Shown piece after piece: positions 38,011 to 51,889 of a DNA stretch of 64,000 bases. The notes beneath the pieces are model-generated. The model worked only from the letters and a program-made list of their open reading frames with translations. It did no database searches and was not told the origin of the DNA. The position numbers and the translations under genes are program-made. The DNA comes from Haliotis cracherodii (Eukaryota), in contig NW_027266308.1 in assembly GCF_022045235.1 (NCBI RefSeq), positions 22,878,001 to 22,942,000 on the forward strand, read 5' to 3'. Position 1 is the stretch's first letter; every line of letters starts with the position of its first letter.

Positions 38011-39651
38011 GACTTGCAGCCAGTGGACAGGACAGGAATCTGGGTCATGGCCAAGCTCGAGTTGCAAGGAAGATAGAATTGGTCCGGTGAATAGTATACA
38101 TAAATAGTTAATGTGAGTTCTATAATAATACATCTCTTAAGGCTGAAAAAATAATAGTCTTGATTCTCAGGCACTGCCCGCATCATCATAAAGTCTGCTG
38201 CACGTTTAATTTATATTTATATTATAAAAAATATATATATAAAATCCTAATACTTAAAAATAATGTGATCCATTATAGCATATTTACTTTACCGCGCATA
38301 TCATGTTATTGTCATGGCAGCAATAGGAGTTTGTATGCTTGTTTTTGCAGGTTGAAGGTACAAATACTGTTTTTTTGGTTAAATACTAGTTTGAACAACA
38401 ACAAAAAAACACACCAAAAAAAACACCGCCCACCAGCACTATATTTTCAAAAGTCATTGCCTGAGAACCAACTCTTTATTTTTTAAGCCTAACTCTTTTT
38501 TATCACTTTTTTGGTGATGGATTCTTGAACTGATGCTTAAAAACAATCTTTTGATAAATTGCATTTGTATGTATTTGCTCAGAATACAAAATGATGTCCC
38601 CCTTTCACTTGAGGGAAAGCATTGATCACTGTGGTTCATTGTAAACCTTCCCAACATCAATTTTGGACCATCAACTGAAGTCAGATTTGACAATGAGACT
38701 GTCTGTGTTGGCCTGACCATCTCTTGAAGAGGCTGAGTACATTAAAGTGTCTCTCAAATCATTAACATTCTTCAACAACAACTCACAACAACCTTCTCAA
38801 AATATGGAATCTCAAACATGATTAAACTCTGTATAACAAATAACCATAGTAACATATAACAACCTCCCAGGTAGAAGTAGCTGCCAAGAACATTGGGACA
38901 ATAAATATCTACTGTCTAAACAGTCTAACATCATCCAACCTCATTACAATCAGATCTTAGTTCTCGGTATCACTAAACAAAGATCTCAGAACATCCCATT
39001 ATGGGTCATGTCAGAACGACCTTTAGCGAACTTTGACTGACCAATGAAATGACTAACATGATGTCGGCATTGGCCCATCAGAAAGCAGCATTCTCCAGAT
39101 ATATGGCACAAGTTTCAAACTGGCGACTTCGCTTTGACAAATATGTTGACAATTCTTGATTCAAAATTTGAAAACAGAACAAAATAGATGGCGTAGATTG
39201 TATGAGAGCACTTCGCACGGGCAATGCTTATCTCATTGAAGCGAGAGATAGACAATGATTTTGACAGAATCAGTCACAAAGCCCATAACTGTCGTTCAGA
39301 ATACCCTGTGTTAAATTTTTTCGAGATTGCTTTATTAGAAAACACATTCCAACTTTCACTTTCCTGATCTGGTAAGCGATTCTCTGATTGGTCAGATGAG
39401 AGGTTGTTCTGACCTGACCCGTAATGGAATGTCCTCTGATCACTGTCTAGTGGCAGGGGGAACTGAGATCTGATTTTAATGAGATTGTACATCATAAAGT
39501 CACTACTTCTTCATATGAAATCCCGAGACCTGCTCCTACACTAAGATACTGTCCAGACTGGAGGAACACAGTAGCCCTTGAAAGTTCCCAGTGCTGTCAG
39601 TGTGCATTTTGAAAAAGATCGAATTCATTGACTGTTCCAGCTGTAAAGCGA

Positions 39652-42600
39652 TTAGCTGCTGATGCCGAACTTGTAAGACGTCGTCTGTCTGTATGTTTCC
39701 CCTTGACGTAGAACACAGTTTGGGAAACTTGGCTGAAACAGAAACCTACGCCTGCAGAAGGTGATGCATTGCCAGCACTGGTCACGTGTATTGAAACATT
39801 GATATCACTAGTTGGTTAACCTTATTCAGAACGGTCATCCCACAGAAAGACATCTTCATAACATTGGTTTCATCCGATGAATCTAAGGACATACATTTAT
39901 TATTTATCATTTCACAGGCCCGCCACCTTTACTAGCAAGCTTCCGGTCTAAGAAATAAATTAAACAAAACAATATTTATTTAAATTATGTCTCCTGCTAG
40001 TAATATGGGCCCTCTTATACAATACAAAAAAATTATATAAATTCCATGTCTACATCATTATCAGAAATTCAAGAGGCCACCTGCAGTTTTAACTCCACAG
40101 CAGAATGACTTTCATATGGACAAATAAATAATTGACGATTGTTTTTATATGGACCCACTTGGTGTGGAAAAGCTGGAATAAGTCTGTGAAACATATAATT
40201 AAAATAGTGTAGCCTACTCATACATGGGAAAACAATAATGCATCATCTACCACAACAAGCATCCAATGGGATGCTGTCAGGATAGTGCTGACCCACATGA
40301 TTGATGCTGTCAGGGTAGTGTGACTAGTGCTGACCCACCTGATTGTGGGAGTCAGGGCAGTGCTGACCCACATGATTGATGCTGTCAGGGCAGTGCTGAC
40401 CCACCTGATTGAGGGAGTCAGGGTAGTGCTGACCCACCTGATTGATGCTGTCAGGATAGTGCTGACCCACCTGATTAAGGGAGTCAGGGTAGTGCTGACC
40501 CACCTGATTGATGCTGTCATGGTAGTGCTGACCTACCTGATTGAGGGAGCCAGGGTAGTGCTGACCTACATGATTGATGCTGTCAGGGTAGTGCTGACCC
40601 ACCTGATTGAGGGAGTCAGAGTAGTGCTGACCCACATGATTGAGGGAGTCAGGCTGGTGCTGACCCACCCGATAAATGGAGTCAGGGCAGTGCTGACCCA
40701 CCTGATTGAGGGAGTCAGGGTAGTGCTGACCCACATTGGTGCTGTCAGGGGTAGTGCTGACCAACCTGATTGATGCTGTCAGGGTAGTGCTGAACCACCT
40801 GATTGATGCTGTCAGGGTAGTGCTGACCCACCTGATTGAGGGAGTCAGGGTAGTGCTGACCCACATGATTGATGCTGTCAGGGTAACACTGACCCACCTG
40901 ATTGATGCTGTCAGGGTAGTGCTAACCCATCTGATTGATGATGTCAGGGTAGTGCTGACCCATCTGATTGATGCTGTCAGGGTAGTGCTGACCCATCTGA
41001 TTGATGGAGTCAGGGTAGTGCTGACCCACCTGATTGATGCTGTCAGGGTAGTGCTGACCCATCTGATTGATGGAGTCAGGGTAGTGCTGACCCATCTGAT
41101 TGAGGCTGTCAGGGTAGTGCTGACCCATCTGATTGATGCTGTCGGGTAGTGCTGACCCACCTGATTGATGCTGTCAGGGTAGTGCTGACCCATCTGATTG
41201 ATGGAGTCAGGGTAGTGCTGACCCATCTGATTGATGGAGTCAGGGTAGTGCTGACCCACCTGGTTGATGCTGACAAGGTAGTGCTGACCCACCTGATTGA
41301 TGGAGTCAGAGTAGTGCTGACCCATCTGATTGATGGAGTCAGAGTAGTGCTGACCCATCTGATTGATGGAGTCAGGGTAGTGCTGACCCATCTGATTGAT
41401 GGAGTCAGGGCAGTGCTGACCCACCTGATTGATACTGTCGGGTAGTGCTGACCGATCTGATTGATGGAGTCAGGGTAGTGCTGACCCACCTGATTGATGC
41501 TGACAAGGTAGTGCTGACCCATCTGATTGATGCTGTCAGGATAGTGCTGACCCACCTGATTGATGGAGTCAGGGTAGTGCTGACCCACCTGATTGATGCT
41601 GTCGGGTAGTGCTGACCCATCTGATTGATGCTGTCAGGGTAGTGCTGACCCACCTGATTGATGCTGTCAGGTAGTGCTGACCCACCTGATTGATGCTGTC
41701 AGGGTAGTGCTGACCCACCTGATTGATGCTGTCAGGGTAGTGCTGACCCACCTGGTTGATGCTATCAGGGTAGTGCTGAGCCTCCAGACAGAATCCTCCG
41801 TACTGGGAGTAGTTGGCCCCTCCCTTCCCCGCGAGGTCCTGCAGATAGAAGCTGGTGTAGAACTGCACCCCTGGCTCTGTGGTGTAGCACTCCATCCACC
41901 GTCCACTCGGCGGGTGCTCCACTCTGTCGGCACAAAACACTTTGTCACACTTCACCTTCATCACACACAGTTCAGACATTCAAAATGTATGCTTGTGTTG
42001 AACTTATCTTGAAATGTGCCATCATGCTTATCATGTTATTGATTTGAAACTATTCATTACTCCAAACAATTTGCCTTCTCACCTTGCTGCAAGACGTCTT
42101 TCTCCAGACAGGGACAGGTTGAAGTTGTGGTCGAATCCCTTTCCCCCAGGCACCTGTCCAAGCCGGTCCCCAAGTCGTACAGGGGACCTCAGGTCCCATT
42201 CTGTTCCCTCCACTTTCCGAATCTCACCTGGAGTAGATACTTAATGTGTTCAGACAGTGAATTTGATTGTGTATAAGATAAGTTAGATCATGATACATGC
42301 ACTTTGTTGAAGCATATAAGTTGTGGTGTTGATTTGGATCTGGAACCTTTGAAAACATCAAAGAACAGCCCTTAGTTCTTTGTACCAAATATAAAAAAAT
42401 CATTCTTAGGGAGCAGCAGCACAGAGGTGGGTTACAGCAGCTGACACAAGTGTAGTATTGAACTTAGTGGTCACAATGTACCAATGCAGATCACGTAAGG
42501 GATTTGTACCTGTAGGAATAGAGTTTTCATCCAGGGGCAGAAAATGTTCCGCATTGATCTGTACAAGATGATCGTCAACCTTCCCTGATGCCTGCCAAGA

Positions 42601-45600
42601 GATTTTGTAATTTCATTTATAAAACATCTTTATATCAAACTATCAGCCATAGGGAGCTGAATGATGTTTTCTATATGAGCAGTCTTCAGTAGAAGCACAA
42701 CAATGCACCATCATATTCACAATTGTTTGTTTGTTTGTTGTCTATTGCCGCACTCAGCAATATTTCAGCTATATGACAGCGATCTATTATTTTCATGTAC
42801 TGCAATGCAGTACAACACATATATATATGGCAATAAATTTGACAGACATGAATTTACATAAAAGATTGTAATTGCTGTAATGTTCCTGAAGTTAATATTA
42901 AGCTCAATATATAAATTGTAATTCCATGGCATTTCATTGGCTAGCCAAGCAATTCTTTTTTGAATTTTTTAGGCCAAGCCCAAAAGCAGACTAATGTTCG
43001 CTGACTGGCTGAGAATAAAATGGGCGGTGCTTATCATGGGCGGATACAGAGGGGGGATGGGGGGGGGGGGGGGGGGGAAGAGAGGGTGTGTGTGTGTGTG
43101 CGGGGGTGCGCACCCCCCCTTTTTATTTCGAAAAAAATCTTTATTTCTGTATAAATTACCACCAAAGACAATAAATAGATCTTAATTGTGCACCCCCCTT
43201 TTCAAAAAAGCTGTATCCGCCCATGCTTATGTTGCGTTAAATATTACTCTGAATGATGTCACTGATTTCATACAGTTGTCTACATTTTTTTGTGTGTTAT
43301 TGATTAAATGTATTAAAGTCTTATTCTATTGTTGACATAGATATTTATTAGAATATACTTCAACATGTCAGTATATGTAACTCCATAAAGGCAAAAACAT
43401 ATTGAAGTCAATCCTTTATAACACTTTGCCATAACTCTTCCTGGAATACCAAGAATAGTAAGTACAAAGTTTATTTAATTCTATTTTACCTGATATTCTA
43501 TTGAACCCAGCACAGTATGATTTCAAAACTTGACTTCCTAACTGATCAGTGACATTTGAACCTTTTGACATCTACAACTACTACTTTGAATGCTATATTT
43601 TAACACATAAATACCAGACCATGCATGATTAATTGTTCCCATAGCAACTCACATGTCCTCCCAGATTGAAGTAGGCATGGTTGGTGAAGTTGACAGGTGT
43701 TGCCTTGGTCGATGATGCCGTGTAGTTGATGATCAGCTCATTCTCATCTGTCAGTTCGTATGTGACTGTCAGAGTTACCTCCCCTGGGTAGTTCTCCTCA
43801 CCGTCAGGGCTGACATATTTCAGGCTCAGTCTGTTGCCATCAACCTTAGCCTCCCATAGTCGCTAGAGAGGTGAAACATAGTGCCCCTGTTAGTATAAAC
43901 CTCAGTCAGTGTAACTGTAGGGGATCCATATCAGTAGCGAGATTCTTTACAGGCATTTAGAAGCTAGCTGGCATATGACAAGGAAGAAAATGGATCATGT
44001 GGATGACCACTTCTTTAATGTATATACAAATTACAATGAAGAAGTTGCGTTCCCTGTCAAGTAACATTAATCATAAAACATGTCAGGTGATGTGATAATA
44101 ACACGGAGTTTAAATATGATTATTGCACTTGTGTGTTATATATGTGTGCTTGTACTAGTCTGGACTAATGTAAGTTTTATTGTGCTAAAACACTGAGATA
44201 CCATGCCACAGTTTAACATAAATACCATCTCAGACACAGTATACTGACTCCAAGCCGACCAGACCTTGTTTTAGCCCCTTAATGCTGAGCTCCATTTAAG
44301 GGTAACAAAAAGTACAATCTTTTGGTATGACACGGCCAGGGATCAAGCCACCGACCTTCTGCTCTCTTTGCAGATGCTCTATTCACGGAAATTAGTAGTC
44401 GAAGAACATAAATGTTTCGAAGCAGACTTTTTTTCATGAAACTGACACAGATATGATCAATATTTCAACAAAATAGTCCCACCAAACTCTAAATTATGTA
44501 TTCTGTTCAAGACCCTGAAGGACTTGTATAGTTTGAACTTTGGAGACCCTTCCCATATTCTCATTGGCCCTTCACACCATCTGTAACATGGCCCTAAATC
44601 ATACCAAGCAATCAACCTGTACGTCCATAACCATCACAATCCCAAACACGCCAACATCTGACTTACATGAAAAGTTAGTTTACAAATTACACACAATGGA
44701 GGATTGCTAAAACACTTACAAACAATTTTTTGAAAGACATTTTTGTTTGGGTTCTACAGTGTTATTTTAAGGTTGAGAACCTGTTCTACTGAGGAACACC
44801 TGTGAGCTTCATATTATGACTGTTGTAAGTCTTGTTTAAGAGTTTTGACAGCCGTGGCACCAAACATGCAGAATGGGGCCTAATGTCTCAAAGCAACTTT
44901 GCACTTCAAATAATCTCTTGTGCCTCAAGTACGATCACAAGAGTTTGTTTGTTGTTTAACACCGTACTAAGCAATATTCCAGCTATATGAAGGCGGACTG
45001 TAGATAATCGAATCTGGACCAGACAGTCCAGTGATTGATATCATGAACATCGATCTAGGCAACTGGGGTCTGATAACATGCATCAACCAAGTCAGAGAGC
45101 CTGACCACCGATCGCAAGAGCTTTTTTTTGTTTGGTTTGTTCTTTGATGCTGCACTCGGCAATATTCCAGCTATATGACCACTTGGTCAGTAAATAATCA
45201 AGTCTAGACCAGACAATCCAGTGATTGACATCATAAGCATCAATTCACACAATTGGGATACAATAACATACATCTACCAAGTCAGTGAGTCTGACCACCC
45301 AATTTCGTTAATCGCATCTTACAAGCAGTCACCTTTTACAGTAAACCCGGATTGCTGAAGACCTATACTATCCTGGATCTTCATAGATCCGACGCAAGAG
45401 TGTGTGAATATGGTTTAACACTGCCTTGAACAGTATTCCAGTGATATCTCAGTGTCAGCTTAATGTGGGAGGAAAGCCTGAAGTGCTGCAGGTCTCAGAC
45501 GTTTACCACTTTAATGAAACCCAAGGACACGTGTACGGTGCTGACAAACCAAGAAACAATAATTATCGCAGGAACCAAACCTTTGCAGGAACCAAATCCA

Positions 45601-48600
45601 AACTATGGAAGGTCAAGTAGACATGTGTAAAGAACACAACCACTCAGATCCTTGCATTCAGTTTAAGAAAATGGTAATTCTACTCATCAAAGGAGGACAC
45701 ATGCTTCAGTTATTCATACTGATATCATATTGAGATCATCTTCCCGAGGCAAGTGAGTTAACTGACAATAAAAGTCCAGTTTTCACCCTTGCCGAACTAG
45801 GCTGGTATTATGGAGTTACATTTTGGCTGGACTAACGAGTCTATGCATAGTCCAATCAAAATCGCGCACCGAAATCCGGTTCGTAAAGTGTCATGCAGAT
45901 TTCGGTCGACTGCAGGATTTGCAAAGCATGTGCACCGCTAACTCGTTGTCAACAGATATTTTCTAAATCTTTTCATGTTTTTAATCAAGGTGCTCATGTG
46001 ATTTGATGCACTTCGCGATGTAAGACTCGTTTTATCACAATATAGATCTTGATTATCGATCAGATCGTCTTGACTGGGCGCCACCGTTTTGTTTGACACA
46101 AATGCAAGTGATACGAGAGGTGGAATCTAATTGGTCCATAGGAGAGGCATAGAAGGTGCATAACTCGTATTAGCCACTGGTGGCGCTACGATCGAGCCCA
46201 GGAATTCCAGCCTAGTTCGGCAAGGGTGGAAACTGGACTTTTAAAGTCAGTTAACTCCCTTGCCTCGGGAAGATGTATTGAGATGTACATACGTTCACTG
46301 TCCAAAATAACTGCCTTTTCTGTCGGGCTGCATCAAATTTTCCTCCACCTACCCAACTGTTGGGCAGATAATTTTAAGACTACTTATTCATTTTTCTTAT
46401 TACTCCTTGTAGACTCTCAAGTAATTGTTTGCAATATTTCAACTGAATCAAGACTTGATTTGTCTCTTAGTTTTTGCGATTTTTTAATATTTATAATGTC
46501 TGAGTGCGGGCAGGTAACTTTGAAGATGGGCAGGCAACACTTTGGGGCACCTACTCTACTGTCTTGTTGGGTTTAAAAATTATTTCAACATTGCGCAAGT
46601 TCCAGTGGAAAATGCAGATTTAGCTAAAGTTTTCCCCAACAGTGTACCTGCTTATTCTCAGTGTACTCTCACCTTGTCAAATCCTCTCTTTCCTCCATGC
46701 AGACTGTTAGGTCCATTGTTGACAAACAGAGAGTAGGAGGCGCCATCTAGAGTGAACTGTCCACCGGCGATCCTGTTGGCGTATCGACCAATAAGAGCAC
46801 CCATGTATGGACCCCCAGCATAGCCTAACCGGAAATATGTAGGTCAAAATTAGCTTAACCAGTTCTTTCTTCCTAACACACCTGAATTTAAGTCCAAACA
46901 ACAAAATGTAGAAAGTATTTTAGCTTGATTTTTTTAGACAAAATATATCAGTAGTTTTTAATTGATTCACTTTATATTTCCGCCATTGAATTATCATGAT
47001 CATATGTTGGAAGTATACATCAATTAATTCTAAAGCATAACACATATTTTGACTGCCATGATGGAAGTATGCTAAACAGTTTTCAAGGAAGTAAAATACT
47101 TTACAATTGTGACCCTCCAGGATGAAAGGGACCTTATGGGTGCTAGGATACAATTGTGCTGTGACGTCATAAAGATGTTTGATGTCAACTTACTTCAGTA
47201 AAAATTGCCATGTGTGCAAACTGTACAAACATAGCTTTTTTTCTCTCATTAGTTCATAATGTAATAGAAAAAGCATTTAAAAAAACTTTCAGCATACACG
47301 TCTATTTTCCATTGAACAGACATTATATCTAAAAACTGCAATTATTTTTAATTTTTTACACTTAAAGTTTTAAGTCAGTAAATGAGTCCAAATGTTTGAA
47401 GCTTGTGAATTCTATTTTTGTGTTCCGAAGATGTAGTTTTAAAATATAAGGAGAAGTCAAAATCTGATTTTGTCACCCAAAGGTCCCTTATCACAAAGTT
47501 GGTCACATTTATTGTTGCAGGACCTACCTTCCATGTTATCGAAGCCGAGACTGACGTCCTCCATCTTGCCCTTCCTGTCCGGGACGATGATGTCAGTGAT
47601 GATGCCGCCATAATCTAGGACTCTCACGATAACGTTGTTCTTGTTCTGGAACGTGTATCTGAAATTAGGAAACAGATCAATTTGTGGATTAATGTTTATA
47701 TAATTGATATATTATTTTAAACTGTCTAGATAAACAGAAGTATAATCTGAGTGTCTTTTGATATTACTTATCAACACAAGTATTCAGAGGCTTGCTAAAG
47801 AGGACATTTTCTACTTTTCTTGACCAATGTTAATATATATGATATCAAACCATAGGAGGCTGAAGTTATTTTTTATCCAATATCATTCATGCTCACTTAT
47901 TTCCTACAATCACAATGTATCAATTTGATCACCACAATGAAATCTGAGACCATTTTGAAATTATGAAGCTGCAAAAAACATCAAATATAATTATAATGTA
48001 TTCGACATATAAGCGCCCGGGCGCTCTCAAAATTAGAAATAAGGGGCTCTTATTAGAATGTTATTTTGGTGAAAAAAACAGAGTTGAAAGATAAATTTTG
48101 TGGTTTATGCTGACAGCCTGAAATGTTTATGTACGACGGATATATTTTTCCAGAATTAAATGCCCATAATTAAGGGTGCATATAACACACAAGTGCGTAT
48201 TCTACAAGAATAAATAAGTCTTGTGTACATTGATCAATCGGAAGGGGTGCTAATTGGGATTGTTCACTAGCCAATATCTTAGCAAATGTCGCCGTGGGCG
48301 GTTATTAGAGCGGGGCTGATTACGTCGAATACGGTAATCAGCTGCTTAAAAGTGAATCATGTGAAGATCGGCTTCAAATGTAGACCATTTTGATTTTTAA
48401 CTTTTCACTGACTGATATTTAAAAAAAAGAAAGTATTTCACTAAGAGGCTAAGAAAAACCTGTCATATTACCAACGAAGGGCAAAGTTGCGTATTTAATA
48501 TACACACTGCCATCAATGTTGGTATTTAGGCCTACAGGTAGTATCTTTGCAAGGCACACTGTAAAATGATGATAACTACTGGCCTATGTCTTGTATCTAT

Positions 48601-49678
48601 TGTAGCAACTGATAGGGACTTCAAACGGTTTTGCTTTATGTTTCCCACAGCTAAAATGTGTTTGTGGAAAAAGAGTCACAAGACTACAGTAAGATTAAAT
48701 AAACTATAACCTTGAAGCCAAACAATATTTATAAAACATGTAAGTAGTTTTAGGAAATTGAGATAACTTTACAGCTTTGGGGGTTGAACAAGCTGCAAAT
48801 CGGTTTTATGGTAATATTAACCGGTTTCCTCACATAACCCAAACATAATCTGATTCCGGCAATAATCGTATCAGTTGTTTATTGACAAACAATGGAGAAA
48901 ACAGACAGATATATGATAAAGCTCTATTATTGGGGGGATCAAATGAAAATCTAGTCTTCCTATCGCCGTCTGGCAGTGAGTATGTATACCCTCTTATAGA
49001 CCCCAGTTCTAAGCCACAGGCAACAGCGATAATTCTAGGGTGGGACATTGTGCTTTTAGCCGCTAAATGTGAAAAAACGGCCCACATTTTCAAATACAAG
49101 GAGGTATTTTAACATTTTGCTGTATGGGCGTAGATCTACCTCTAGGATATTTGAAATTTTCACATGAATGGCACATGTCAGAAAATTCCTAGAGTGAACC
49201 CTGGACCCCTGAAGCAGGTTCAGTGATATTACTGAAACACTGGACCGATATGAATAAATTGTCAGTCCAGAATTTTCCACACTACACTAGGTAGGCCTAC
49301 TAGATTCTATTTACCGCTATTTACCCCCACCCCCTTCTCAAATGTATCAGCCCATGCTCCTGAAATTATGAGAGCTACATTGTGGGTCCCCACATAGGAC
49401 AGATTTCTTTGAACTGTATAGATAACCATATTGCAGGGACTATGTGTCTCGCTCGTCCGGACAGTGAAATGACACGTCTGATTCGTGCTGTGGTTCAACT
49501 GGTTGTTTCAAATAGATCTAGATATCTAGGTCTGTTTGGTTCCAAACTGTAGATTTACGTATGGATGTCAGATGTCATTAACGACACGTGAAATCAAAGT
49601 ATGCGTGGAATACTACTGTCACCTTGTAACGGCTTCTCCTACCGCGGATTTACCAAACGAATCTTGACTGATCGACAT
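39652..49678 (-). CDS. GALM: Galactose mutarotase / aldose 1-epimerase, paralog C
   Basis: Exons: 49623-49678, 47528-47658, 46673-46824, 43653-43862, 42510-42591, 42083-42227, 41752-41923, 39652-39732. All GT-AG, 1029 nt. Motifs [30 protein letters not shown]. Confidence 0.95.
40270..41779 (-). repeat. 33-bp exon-end/splice-donor minisatellite (GALM-C intron 7)
   Basis: Same unit, roughly 45 copies, with GACTCC(A/C)TC and ATGGGT variants. Confidence 0.95.
43035..43225. mobile_element. Small TIR element with 5-bp TSD (CTTAT), hAT5-like
   Basis: Perfect TIR CATGGGCGGATACAG / CTGTATCCGCCCATG; cttat on both flanks. Confidence 0.75.
44110..44380 (-). mobile_element. tRNA-derived SINE family A, degraded
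   Basis: Reverse-complement homology to family A body. Confidence 0.75.
45737..46275 (-). mobile_element. Mutator-type MITE (about 75-bp TIRs, 9-bp TSD TATTGAGAT)
   Basis: TIRs at both ends; TSD at 45728-45736 and 46276-46284; internal sequence is the reverse complement of the 25671 copy. Confidence 0.9.
47998..48336. mobile_element. Tc1/pogo-type MITE
   Basis: Inverted termini gtattcgacat...gcgccc / gggctgattacgtcgaatacggta. Confidence 0.55.
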
Positions 49679-49740
49679 CGTTGACTTTCACGGATACTGC
49701 AACCACAAAAGCCTTGCGCCGGTCGCGACACGTCAAATTA

Positions 49741-49775
49741 GAGTTATCTCCCTTGAAATGTACGCCCCGCCCCTC
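49741..49775 (-). promoter_or_regulatory. Candidate GALM-C proximal promoter motifs (AGTTATCTCCCTTG and a GC box)
   Basis: 63-95 nt upstream of the ATG; the first motif recurs at similar positions in GALM-A and GALM-B. Confidence 0.4.
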
Positions 49776-50744
49776 TGCCTACGCACGGGGAGCCACGCGA
49801 CACAGCACCCACATGCCATTCATATTTATTATGCCTCACGTCAGAGGGAATGGCCTGTCGGAAGAAAATAAAAAAATGATAAAGATGGCTTTGGTTGTGA
49901 ATACAATTGATAACTGATCAGATAAAAGATATGTGGCACTAGTTTGAAGTGCAACAGGTAGGCTTTGTATCGGCTGAGAGTCTAAGTGAGAGTCTGGGAT
50001 CCTATGTTCAGACAATTCACCTCAAGTTACTATTGGCCTCAAGATTTTCGTTCCCGGATTTTCCTGTATACCCTTAGCCTTTTCTATTGCACGAAAGAGG
50101 TATGTGTACACAAATTTCAATGGGTAGTAAGCTTACAAGTGTGTGCGTGGATTGTCAGGGGGTCACGATTGCATTAAGTGAAGAAATAATATGGAACAAA
50201 TCCCAATGTGGTTAAGTTTATCCAACTATTACACATATCAATGACAAAATAACCTTAAATGTGGGAATAAACGTTAAGAAATTGATTATCAGTGGAAGTG
50301 TCTACCCCGGGATGGATTTTTTGATCATGTGATGCTTTGCTCATGAATGTCACATAATTTATTATTAACGTACTATTTTAACCGTTGACCTAAAAAAATA
50401 TGTCTGTCTTTCTGCGACTGGTATGTGTCTATACTAATGCCTACAGTCTAAAACAAACATTTATATGGTTTTACATGTGATACCCTGCTACCTTTCTGCA
50501 GAGTTGAACAGGCCCATTTTAGTGTACTATTGCCTACAGTGGCAAATGACAAACATTAGCAAATGATATTTAGTGTTTTTTCTTTGTTCATACATTTCTT
50601 CTGATATTTCATACATCATTCGTCATCCATAGTTTCATTTATCATATTTCATGTACATTTTATACATATCAGACTTATATTCATCATATCATCTCATACA
50701 TCATCCATATGTATCATTCATTATCATTTATCATATTTCATGTG

Positions 50745-51715
50745 TCACGGAGTTTCACAAACTTGTTTTTGAAATTTGATTGTTTGGTTGTTTAGCTGGA
50801 GGATTGGGGAGGTGGGTTTCATGTTTTTATGTTTGAATACTATTCCTGTTGTTTTTTCTGAGTTAAGGGATAAGCCCCATTTGTCAGCCCATTGTTGTAT
50901 TTTATTAAGAGATTTTTGGAGTAAATTTTGGACCATTTTCATGCTTTTATAGTGCGGATCCAGATGGCTCCATCATCCGCGAATTTTGATGTGTTTACTT
51001 TAGGGGATAGGACCTCGAATAGATCGTTTATCATTATATTGAAGAGGGTGGGGCTGAGGATACTGCCCTGTGGAGTGCCATTTTCTAGGGGACATTGGTC
51101 CGATAGAGTTTGGTTTATACCCACGGTTATTTTACGATTGTTTAGGAAGTCCTGGATGTAATTTATTATCAGACCTTTGAGTCCTATTTTTTAAAGTTTT
51201 TGTATTAGCCCATCGTGCCATACCGTGACGAAAGCTTTAGAGAAGTCTAAGAAGATGCCTGTGGTATATTGTTTATTTAGTTGTCCTGTCTTAATATCTT
51301 GTTCTAGTCGGGCGAGGTTATCTAGGGTTGAGCGGCCAGGAGTGAAACCGCTTTGATCTGAGTTTATGATGTTATTTTTGGTTAAGTAATGTTGCAATCT
51401 ATTTTTAGCCATTGATTCCATTACTTTACATAAGTTTGAAGTTAGGGATATTGGTCTATATGAGTTAGCTTAATTAGCTGGTTTATTAGGTGTAGGGATT
51501 GGTATGACTAGGGCCTGTTTCCAGGGAGTAGGAACCTGTCCGTTTAGGTAGATGAGATTGTATAGTTTGAGTAGTGCCTGGAGTAGTTTTAGGGGGAGTT
51601 TTTTAATTATTTGGTAAGAAGTTAGGCCTAATCCTGGGGCTGTGCCCTTTTTCCTGTTTTGGATTACGTAGAGGAGCTCCTCCATTGTGTAGGGTTGATT
51701 TATTTCTAGATTGTT
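50745..51715 (-). mobile_element. Non-LTR retrotransposon reverse transcriptase fragment (I/Jockey-group-like), decayed
   Basis: WKQALVIPIP, YRPISLTS, QSGFTPGRST.DNL, FLDFSKAF.TVWH, GTPQGSILSPTLFNIMINDL, FADD; broken by stops and frameshifts. Confidence 0.92.
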
Positions 51716-51889
51716 ATTGACAGCTCGTTATATAAATGTCAGTTACAAGCTCATTAATAAAGAATAATAAACAGAAGTGGGCTTAAGATACAGCCTTGTC
51801 TTACACCGGAGCTTATTTTAAACAAATCTGTTCTACCTTTGTCTGTTTTTACACATGCCTTAACGGCAGAATACATACTAGCTAAGACG

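Noticed and set aside
40218-41653. Long ORFs (e.g. 366 aa at 40324-41424) as independent repeat proteins
   Set aside because: They are translations of the intronic 33-bp array; the same applies to ORFs at 16700-17635 and 27241-27534.
45340-45390. CTGAAGA in the antisense of the family C head as a hammerhead ribozyme core
   Set aside because: No GAAA follows a stem II; the match is explained by the stem pairing TGAAGA/TCTTCA.
50590-50742. (TCATA)-rich tract as a functional element
   Set aside because: Degenerate simple repeat next to a LINE fragment; nothing further is supportable.
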